DNA of 32,000 nucleotides, taken from the NCBI RefSeq assembly GCF_033370915.1, contig NZ_CP104096.1, positions 105,340-137,339 of the forward strand. The letters are read 5' to 3'. Shown piece by piece: positions 16,774 through 24,071 of the stretch. The DNA comes from Candidatus Saccharimonadota bacterium (GTDB lineage: Bacteria > Bacteroidota > Bacteroidia > Flavobacteriales > Blattabacteriaceae). The translations under genes and the position numbers were made by a program. Each line of letters starts with the position of its first letter. Position 1 is the first letter of the stretch. A model generated the notes under the pieces. That model did not search any database. It worked only from the letters and a program-made list of their open reading frames with translations, and had not been told where the DNA came from.

Positions 16774-18109
16774 AAAAATAAAACATTTTATTTTATTAAA
16801 TAAATTATTAAAAAATAAATTTTTATTAGCTATAAGTGGTGGAGTTGATAGTATGGTATTATTAAATATCTTTAATAAAATATTTAATAATAATAATATT
16901 TCAGTTGCTCATTGTAATTTTAATATTAATAAATCAAAAATTAATTATAATTATAATTTAATTTATAAAATTTGTTATAAAAATAATATTAATTTTTTTT
17001 ATAAACAATTTAAAACTATAAAATTTAGTAAAATTAAAAAACTATCTATACAAATATCTGCTAGAATATTGAGATATAAATGGTTTTTTAATTTAAAAAA
17101 AAAATATAATTATGATTATATAGTTTTAGCACATAATTTAGAGGATAATATAGAAACATTTTTTATTAATTTATTCAGAAAAACAGGATTATATGGTTTA
17201 AAATCTATAAAAAAATTTTCTAAAAATTTATTAAGACCTTTAATAAAAATATCAAAAAATGAAATTATAAATTATGCAATTAAAAATAAAATAAAATGGA
17301 TAAATGATATAAGTAATTTAAAAAATATATATTTAAGAAATATAATAAGAAATAATATTATACCTAATATATTTAATAATTTATATAAATATAATATAAA
17401 AAATAATATTAATAATACAATTATTAATTTACAATTAGAATATAATTTTATTAAAAAATCAATTAATTATTTTAAAAAAAAAATTATAATATATGATAAA
17501 AATAATTATTTTATATTTAAAATTAAAATAAATAAATTATTAAATTTAAAAATTAATTATTATAATTATTTATTATATAAAATATTTTATAAATTCGGTT
17601 TTAATGATATTAAAATTTTTAATAAAATATTAAATATTAATACTGGTAAATTTTTTTTATCTAACAATAAAATATATAAAATTATAAAAAATAAAAATGA
17701 GATTATATTAATTTATAATGTAAAAAAAAAAATTAATATTTTAATTCCAAAAATAGGAAAATATAAAATAGTAAATAATTTATTAATTAATTTAAAATTA
17801 ATAAAATTTAATAATAAAATAATTAATAATAATAAGTATATATGTTTAAATTTTAATAAAATAAAATTTCCATTATATATTAGAAATTGGATAAACGGTG
17901 ATTATTATTTAAATAATAAAAAAAAAATTGTAATAAATAAAATATTTAAAAAAAATAAAATTACTTCATTTGAAAAAAACTTTATTTATTTATTATTAAA
18001 TAATAATAAAGAAATAATTTGTACTATTAATAAAATAAAAATAATAAATAAAAACTATTTAAATTATTTAAATAATTTATTAATTTTTAATTTTAATGAA
18101 ACAAAATAA
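16763..18109 (+). CDS. tilS: tRNA(Ile)-lysidine synthase
   Basis: 'LLAISGGVDSMVLL' is the PP-loop SGGxDS motif, and 'VLAHNLEDNIETFFINLFRKTG' is present. The gene overlaps aroK by 11 nt. Its presence is consistent with heavy use of ATA codons. Confidence 0.88.
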   Translation: MLFKKIKHFILLNKLLKNKFLLAISGGVDSMVLLNIFNKIFNNNNISVAHCNFNINKSKINYNYNLIYKICYKNNINFFYKQFKTIKFSKIKKLSIQISARILRYKWFFNLKKKYNYDYIVLAHNLEDNIETFFINLFRKTGLYGLKSIKKFSKNLLRPLIKISKNEIINYAIKNKIKWINDISNLKNIYLRNIIRNNIIPNIFNNLYKYNIKNNINNTIINLQLEYNFIKKSINYFKKKIIIYDKNNYFIFKIKINKLLNLKINYYNYLLYKIFYKFGFNDIKIFNKILNINTGKFFLSNNKIYKIIKNKNEIILIYNVKKKINILIPKIGKYKIVNNLLINLKLIKFNNKIINNNKYICLNFNKIKFPLYIRNWINGDYYLNNKKKIVINKIFKKNKITSFEKNFIYLLLNNNKEIICTINKIKIINKNYLNYLNNLLIFNFNETK

Positions 18110-19316
18110 AGATCATAAAATTATAGGTAATAAATTAAAATTGTTTTTTTTTTCAAATTATATAGGTTCTGGTTTACCAATATGGTTACCTAATGGATTA
18201 TATTTATATAATAAAATTAAAAATTTTATTAGAAAAATAAATATTAAACAAAAATATGAAGAAATTTTTACACCACATATAGCTAAAAAAAGATTATTTA
18301 ATATATCAGGACATTTAAAAAAATATAACAATAATATATTTAAAATAACTAAAAATAATAAAATTAATTATTTATTAAAACCAATGAATTGTCCATTTCA
18401 TTGTGAAATATATAAATATTATAAAAATATTACTTATAAAGATTTACCTAAAAAATTTTTTGAATTTGGTACAGTTTATAGAAATGAAAAAAGTGGTGAA
18501 ATAAATGGTTTATTTAGAACTAGAATATTTACTCAAGATGATGGTCATATTTTTTGTAGAAAAAAGAATATTTATAAAATAATATATAAAATAATTGAAG
18601 ATATAAAATATATATATAATTATTTTAATTTTAAAAAAATTTATATTAGATTTTCTTTAAAAGATAAAAATAATAAAAATTATATAGGTGATAATAAAAT
18701 ATGGAAAAAATCTCAAAAGATAATTTTAAATATTAAAAAAAATATAGAATTAAATTATAATACTTATATAAAATATAATGAAGCAGCATTTTATGGACCT
18801 AAAATAGATTTTATTATAAAAGATTCTTTAAATAGAAAATGGCAATTAGGAACTATACAAATTGATTATAATACACCTATTAGATTTAATTTAAAATATA
18901 TAAATAAAAATAATAAATATAAATATCCAATTATTATACATAGAGCATTATTAGGATCAATAGAAAGATTTATAGGAATATTAATAGAACATACTAAAGG
19001 TAATATTCCAATATGGTTATTAAAAAAACAATTAGTAATAATACCAATTAATAAAATAAATTTAAAATATTCTATAAAAATATATAAAATATTAATAAAA
19101 AAAAAAATTAGAATTATTATAGATAAAACAAAAAAAAATTTAAATGAAAAAATAAAATATTATGAAAAAAATAATATACCTATTATTTTAATTATAGGTA
19201 ATAAAGAAGAAAAAAATAAAACTATTTTTATAAGAATAAAAAAAATTGGAAAATTAGGTAATTTAAAATTTAAAAAAGCTATAAAATTAATTTTTAATAT
19301 TATTAAAAATAGATAA
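18096..19316 (+). CDS. thrS: Threonyl-tRNA synthetase, catalytic and anticodon-binding domains only (no TGS or editing domain)
   Basis: The protein starts at the 'DHKIIGNKLKLFFF' (DHRKLG..L.LF) junction. Zn ligand contexts are kept: 'KPMNCPFH', 'TQDDGHIFC' and 'HRALLGSIERF'. At 406 aa it is about 240 aa shorter than canonical bacterial ThrRS. It overlaps tilS by 14 nt. Confidence 0.9.
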   Translation: MKQNKDHKIIGNKLKLFFFSNYIGSGLPIWLPNGLYLYNKIKNFIRKINIKQKYEEIFTPHIAKKRLFNISGHLKKYNNNIFKITKNNKINYLLKPMNCPFHCEIYKYYKNITYKDLPKKFFEFGTVYRNEKSGEINGLFRTRIFTQDDGHIFCRKKNIYKIIYKIIEDIKYIYNYFNFKKIYIRFSLKDKNNKNYIGDNKIWKKSQKIILNIKKNIELNYNTYIKYNEAAFYGPKIDFIIKDSLNRKWQLGTIQIDYNTPIRFNLKYINKNNKYKYPIIIHRALLGSIERFIGILIEHTKGNIPIWLLKKQLVIIPINKINLKYSIKIYKILIKKKIRIIIDKTKKNLNEKIKYYEKNNIPIILIIGNKEEKNKTIFIRIKKIGKLGNLKFKKAIKLIFNIIKNR

Positions 19317-19321
19317 ATTTT

Positions 19322-19981
19322 ATTATATTAATAAAAAATAATACTATTATAAATAAAAATAATATTGATAAAATTTTATCAAAATATAAATTAAATAAAA
19401 ATATAAAATCTAAATTTGTTAGATTAGTAGATGATAAAATTTTTGAAAATAAAATATATAAAAGAGATTATTTATTAAATAAATTAAAAAATTCTAATTT
19501 AGATCTTATTGAAATTAATTCAAATCCTTCAATAGTAAAAATAATTAATTATAATAAATTTATTTATAAATTAAAAAAAAAATATAAAAAAAATTTTAAT
19601 CAAAAAGATAATGTTAAAATAATTAGATTTACTATTAATATTAATGATCATGATAAAAATTTTAAATTAAAAAATGCTAAAAAATTTTTTTTTAAAAAAT
19701 ATAAAATAAAATTTATAATTTTTTTAAATCGTAAAAATAAAAAAGATTTAGTAAAAAAATTTTTAATTAATATAGCTAATAATTTAAAAAATTATGGTTA
19801 TATTCAAAAATCTCCTGTTTTTGAATATAATAATATGTATATGATTATGTTCCCATTAAAAAACCCTTTAAAACCTATTAAAAAAGCTTATACAAAAACT
19901 AATAAAAATAATATAACTAATAAAAAAGATATAACTTATAATAAAAAAACTATTAATAATGAAAATAAAATTAAAAACTAA
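19322..19981 (+). CDS. infC: Translation initiation factor IF-3 (non-AUG start; absent from the supplied ORF track)
   Basis: The frame is open from 19313 (after an in-frame TAG at 19310-19312) to TAA at 19979-19981. It translates to '...LNKNIKSKFVRLVDD...NLDLIEINSNPSIVKIINYNKFIYKLKKK...VKIIRFTININDHDKNFKLKNAKKFF.KKYKIKFIIFLNRKN', which is the IF-3 N- and C-domain pattern. It sits in the conserved thrS-infC-rpmI-rplT order. There is no in-frame ATG, GTG or TTG before the VRL box. Candidate ATT/ATA starts lie at 19322, 19325, 19331, 19346, 19349, 19364 and 19373, so the exact start is uncertain. Confidence 0.85.
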   Translation: MILIKNNTIINKNNIDKILSKYKLNKNIKSKFVRLVDDKIFENKIYKRDYLLNKLKNSNLDLIEINSNPSIVKIINYNKFIYKLKKKYKKNFNQKDNVKIIRFTININDHDKNFKLKNAKKFFFKKYKIKFIIFLNRKNKKDLVKKFLINIANNLKNYGYIQKSPVFEYNNMYMIMFPLKNPLKPIKKAYTKTNKNNITNKKDITYNKKTINNENKIKN

Positions 19982-20156
19982 ATCTAGTTCAAAAAAAAGA
20001 TTTAAAATACTTTTTAACAAAAAAATAAAAAGAAAAAAATCTTTTAAAAATCATAATCTTATAAAGAAATCATCTAAAAGAAAAAAAAGATTATCAAAAT
20101 TTATTTTTTTAAATATTAATGATTATAAAAATATAAATAAACATTTTAATAAATAA
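19959..20156 (+). CDS. rpmI: 50S ribosomal protein L35
   Basis: 'MKIKLKTKSSSKKRFKI' is the L35 N-terminal signature in a 65-aa basic protein. It overlaps infC by 23 nt. Confidence 0.9.
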   Translation: MKIKLKTKSSSKKRFKILFNKKIKRKKSFKNHNLIKKSSKRKKRLSKFIFLNINDYKNINKHFNK

Positions 20157-20161
20157 TTATT

Positions 20162-20503
20162 ATGCCAAGATCAAAAAATATAGTAGCTTCAAAAAAAAGA
20201 AGAAAAAAATATTTAAAATATGCTAAAGGATTTTATGGTGCTAAAAAAAGATGTTATACAATAGCTAAAAATAATGTCGAAAAATCATGGCTAAATTCAT
20301 ATATTGGAAGAAAAAATAAAAAAAAATTTTATAGAAAATTATGGATACAAAGAATTAATGCATATGTAAGAAAATTTAATATTTCTTATTCTAAATTTAT
20401 TTTTAAATTAAAAAAAAAAAAAATCTATTTAAATAGAAAAATATTAGCTTATTATTTTGCTGAAAATAAAAATAAAGATTTAATCAATAAAATATTAAAT
20501 TAA
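20162..20503 (+). CDS. rplT: 50S ribosomal protein L20
   Basis: 'MPRSKNIVASKKRRKKYLKYAKGFYGAKKR' and 'RKLWIQRINA' are present. The gene contains an in-frame A14 tract at 20410-20423. Confidence 0.93.
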   Translation: MPRSKNIVASKKRRKKYLKYAKGFYGAKKRCYTIAKNNVEKSWLNSYIGRKNKKKFYRKLWIQRINAYVRKFNISYSKFIFKLKKKKIYLNRKILAYYFAENKNKDLINKILN

Positions 20504-21412
20504 ATATGTTTTTAAATTTTTTGAAGCTTCAGTATTAGGAAATATTTTTTGTGCCTCTTTTTCAAAATCTTTAATATTAGGATATCTACATGAATAATGC
20601 CCTAATAATAATTTTTTAACATTTGATAACTTAGCTATTTTTGCAGCTTGTATAGTTGTAGAGTGACCTCTTTTATTAGCTATTATTTTTTTTTCATGTA
20701 AAAATGTAGATTCATGATATAATAAATCAACATTTTTTAAATATTTAGTAATTTTAGGAGAATATGAAGTATCTGTACAAAAAGCATATGATAATGGTTT
20801 ATTAGGTTTAAATGTTAAATAATTATTAGGTATAATTTGACCATTTTTTTTAATAAAATCTTTACCTTTTTTAATATTTAAATAATCAGATATTTTTATT
20901 TCTTTAATTTTATTTACATTTTTTATATTTAAATTTCTTAATCTTTTTTTTTCTTTAAATAAAAAACCATTTGTATATATTTTATGTTTTAAAGGAATTA
21001 TATAAATTTTTACATTATCATTTTCATATATTTTTTGATATTTTCTAGTTTTTAAAATTATAAAATTTAATGGATATGTTATATTTGATTTAGACCATTT
21101 AAAATTTTCATAAATAATATTTTTTAATCCATTAGGTGAATAAATATTTAATGGATTTTTTCTACCTAATAATTGATAAGTTGATAAAATTCCCATTATA
21201 CCATAATAATGATCACCATGTAAATGAGAAATTAATATATTATTTATTTTATTAATTTTAATTTTAGCTTTTATTAATTGTACTTGAGTACCTTCACCAC
21301 AATCAATTAAAAAATAATTTTCTCTCATATATAAGATTTGTGATGTTGGATAAAAATTTCTAGTAGGTAATGATGAATTACATCCTAATATAGTAATATA
21401 AGAGTTAATCAT
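20495..21412 (-). CDS. rnz: Ribonuclease Z (tRNA 3' endonuclease)
   Basis: 'ITILGCNSSLPT', 'FLIDCGEGTQ' and 'ISHLHGDHYYG' (metallo-beta-lactamase HxHxDH) are present, with the C-terminal 'HSTTIQAAKIA...LLLGHYS'. It overlaps rplT convergently by 9 nt. Confidence 0.9.
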   Translation of the reverse strand: MINSYITILGCNSSLPTRNFYPTSQILYMRENYFLIDCGEGTQVQLIKAKIKINKINNILISHLHGDHYYGIMGILSTYQLLGRKNPLNIYSPNGLKNIIYENFKWSKSNITYPLNFIILKTRKYQKIYENDNVKIYIIPLKHKIYTNGFLFKEKKRLRNLNIKNVNKIKEIKISDYLNIKKGKDFIKKNGQIIPNNYLTFKPNKPLSYAFCTDTSYSPKITKYLKNVDLLYHESTFLHEKKIIANKRGHSTTIQAAKIAKLSNVKKLLLGHYSCRYPNIKDFEKEAQKIFPNTEASKNLKTYLI

Positions 21413-21453
21413 TATATATAAATAATAATAAATAAATAATAAAAAAATAAATT

Positions 21454-23880
21454 ATGTATAAAGAAACACCATTGATAAAACAATATTATAATTTAAAAAA
21501 AAAATATCCTGATACAATTTTATTTTTTCAAGTTGGTGATTTTTATGAAATATTTGGTTATGATGCAATATTTTGTTCAAGAATATTAGATATTACTTTA
21601 ACTAAAAGAAATAAAAAAAATAATGATAGTATTTATTTAGTAGGATTTCCTTGTAAAGCATTAAAAACTTATTTAAATAAGTTAATTAAAAAAAATATTA
21701 AAGTAGCTATTTGTGATCAAAATAAAAATAATATAGAAAAAAATATAGATAAAAATAATTTAATAGATAGAAAAATTACTTACATTGTAACTTCTGGAAT
21801 TTCAATTTATGATGATATTACAAAAAAAAAAAAAATAAAACAATTTGTTGCTTCATTATATATTGAAAAAAATAATAAAATAATAGGTATTTCATTAATT
21901 GATTTTTCTACTGGAGAATTATTAACTACAGAAGGAAATTTAAAATATATAAAACATATAATAAATTGTTATAATCCTATAGAATATTTAATACCAAAAA
22001 GTAAAAATAAATTTTTTAATAATATTAAAAATATTAATTTATTAGACGATAATCTCTTTAATTATAATTTTTTATATAAGAAATTATTAGAACATTTTAA
22101 AGTATTTTCTTTAAATTGTTTTGGATTAGAAAATATGAAATTAAGTATTATTTCATCTGGTATATTGATATATTATATTAATAATTATTATAATTTAAAA
22201 TTAAATCATGTAAATGTAATAAAAAAAATACAAATAAATAAATATATTTGGATTGATGATTCTACATTAAAAAATTTAGAAATTATAAAATCTACAAATA
22301 AAACAGGTAAATCTTTATTAGATATATTAGATAATACATATACTTCAATGGGTTATCGTATTTTAAATAATTGGTTAATATTTCCTTTAAAAGATAAAAA
22401 AAAAATTTATAATAGACAAAATATTATTGAGTTTTATTTTAAAATTAAAGAAAATATTAAATTAAATATAATTTATAATTTAAAATTAATTTATGATATA
22501 GAGAAATTATTATCTAAAATATCAAATAATAAAATTAATCCTAATCAATTATATAAATTAATTAATTCAATTAAAAGAATTAAAAAAATATTTAAATTAT
22601 TAAATATTAAAAATAATAATAAAATTTTTAATTTTAAATATAAATATATTAAAAAATTAAATAAAATATATTATAATATTAATAAAATTTTAAAAAAAGA
22701 TCCAGTAAATAAATTTAATAAATTTTTTTTTATTAAAAAAAATATATCTAAAAAATTAGATTTATATAAAAAAAAATTAAAAAAAAATAAATTATATATA
22801 TTTAATTATTATAATAAATTAAAAAATAAATTAAATATAAATTATTTAATTATTAAAAAAAATGAACTTTTAGGTTATTTTATTGAAATAAAAAAAACTG
22901 ATAATAATAAAATTCCTAAAAATTGGATAAAAAAACAAAAATTATCTTTATATATTAGATATACTACTAAATTAATTAATAAATTTGAATATAAGATTTA
23001 TAATATTAAAAAAATAATTTTTACATATGAAAAAATTATTTTTAATAAAAAAATTAATTATTTAAAAAATAATATTATTGTTTTAAAAAAAATATCATAT
23101 TATATAGCTAAATTAGATGTTTTATTATCTTTTTATTTAACTGCTAAAGAAAATAATTATACTAAGCCAAAAATAATTAATAATGAATTAAATAGCATTA
23201 ATATAATAAAAGGTAGACATCCAGTAATAGAAAAAACTATTGATATTAAAAATAATTATATACCTAATAATATATATTTAGATAATTTAAATAATCAAAT
23301 ATTAATTATTACTGGCCCTAATATGTCAGGTAAATCAGCAATATTAAGACAAACAGCATTAATAGTAATAATGGTACAAATAGGTAGTTTTGTTCCTGCT
23401 AAAAAAGTAGAAATTAATATAATTGATAAATTATTTAGTAGAATAGGTGCATCTGATAATATTTCAATGGGTGAATCTACATTTATGGTAGAAATGAATG
23501 AAACAGCTAATATATTAAATAATATTTCTAAAAATAGTTTAATAATTATGGATGAAATAGGAAGAGGCACAAGTACATATGAAGGTATTTCTTTATCTTA
23601 TTCTATTATTAAATATTTAATAAATAATAAATTAAAACCTAGAGTATTATTTGCAACACATTATCATGAATTAAATAATTTATTAAATTATAAAAATAAT
23701 ATAAAATATTTTTTCTTTACAATAAAAAAAATAAAAAATAATTTTATATTTATTAGAAAATTACAAGAAGGTTTAAGTAATAATAGTTATGGTTATTATA
23801 TAGCTAAAATGGCTGGTATACCTAATCAAGTAATTAAAGATACAAAAAAAATTACTTTATTTTTAAAAAATAAAATTTAA
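21454..23880 (+). CDS. mutS: DNA mismatch repair protein MutS
   Basis: 'TPLIKQYYNLKKKYPDTILFFQVGDFYEIF' contains the mismatch-binding F-x-E. Walker A 'GPNMSGKS', 'STFMVEM', Walker B 'IIMDEIGRGTSTYEG' and 'ATHYHEL' are also present. Confidence 0.94.
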   Translation: MYKETPLIKQYYNLKKKYPDTILFFQVGDFYEIFGYDAIFCSRILDITLTKRNKKNNDSIYLVGFPCKALKTYLNKLIKKNIKVAICDQNKNNIEKNIDKNNLIDRKITYIVTSGISIYDDITKKKKIKQFVASLYIEKNNKIIGISLIDFSTGELLTTEGNLKYIKHIINCYNPIEYLIPKSKNKFFNNIKNINLLDDNLFNYNFLYKKLLEHFKVFSLNCFGLENMKLSIISSGILIYYINNYYNLKLNHVNVIKKIQINKYIWIDDSTLKNLEIIKSTNKTGKSLLDILDNTYTSMGYRILNNWLIFPLKDKKKIYNRQNIIEFYFKIKENIKLNIIYNLKLIYDIEKLLSKISNNKINPNQLYKLINSIKRIKKIFKLLNIKNNNKIFNFKYKYIKKLNKIYYNINKILKKDPVNKFNKFFFIKKNISKKLDLYKKKLKKNKLYIFNYYNKLKNKLNINYLIIKKNELLGYFIEIKKTDNNKIPKNWIKKQKLSLYIRYTTKLINKFEYKIYNIKKIIFTYEKIIFNKKINYLKNNIIVLKKISYYIAKLDVLLSFYLTAKENNYTKPKIINNELNSINIIKGRHPVIEKTIDIKNNYIPNNIYLDNLNNQILIITGPNMSGKSAILRQTALIVIMVQIGSFVPAKKVEINIIDKLFSRIGASDNISMGESTFMVEMNETANILNNISKNSLIIMDEIGRGTSTYEGISLSYSIIKYLINNKLKPRVLFATHYHELNNLLNYKNNIKYFFFTIKKIKNNFIFIRKLQEGLSNNSYGYYIAKMAGIPNQVIKDTKKITLFLKNKI

Positions 23881-23907
23881 TTTTATTTCATTATTTTATA
23901 TATATAT

Positions 23908-23980
23908 GCGATAGTAGTTCAATAGGTAGAACATAACTTTGCCAAAGTTAAGGTAACGGGTTCGAATCCCGTATATCGCT
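23908..23980 (+). tRNA. tRNA-Gly (GCC)
   Basis: GCGATAG-TA-GTTC-AATAGGTA-GAAC-A-TAACT-TTGCCAA-AGTTA-AGGTA-ACGGG-TTCGAAT-CCCGT-ATATCGC-T. The anticodon is GCC. There is one G7/A66 mismatch. No CCA is encoded. Confidence 0.9.
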
Positions 23981-23982
23981 TA

Positions 23983-24071
23983 GCCTAGATGGTGAAATTG
24001 GTAAACACGCAGGACTTAAAATCCTGTAATTCAATAAATGAATTTTGCGGGTTCAAGTCCCGCTCTAGGCA
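23983..24071 (+). tRNA. tRNA-Leu (UAA), class II with long variable arm
   Basis: GCCTAGATGGTGAAATTGGTAAACACG-CAGGA-CTTAAAA-TCCTG, then a long variable arm, then GCGGG-TTCAAGT-CCCGC-TCTAGGC-A. It closely parallels E. coli tRNA-Leu(UAA). It lies 2 nt after tRNA-Gly. No CCA is encoded. Confidence 0.93.

Noticed and set aside
23295-23570. 91-aa ORF on the - strand
   Set aside because: It lies antisense to the most conserved part of mutS (Walker A to Walker B). It has no independent support.
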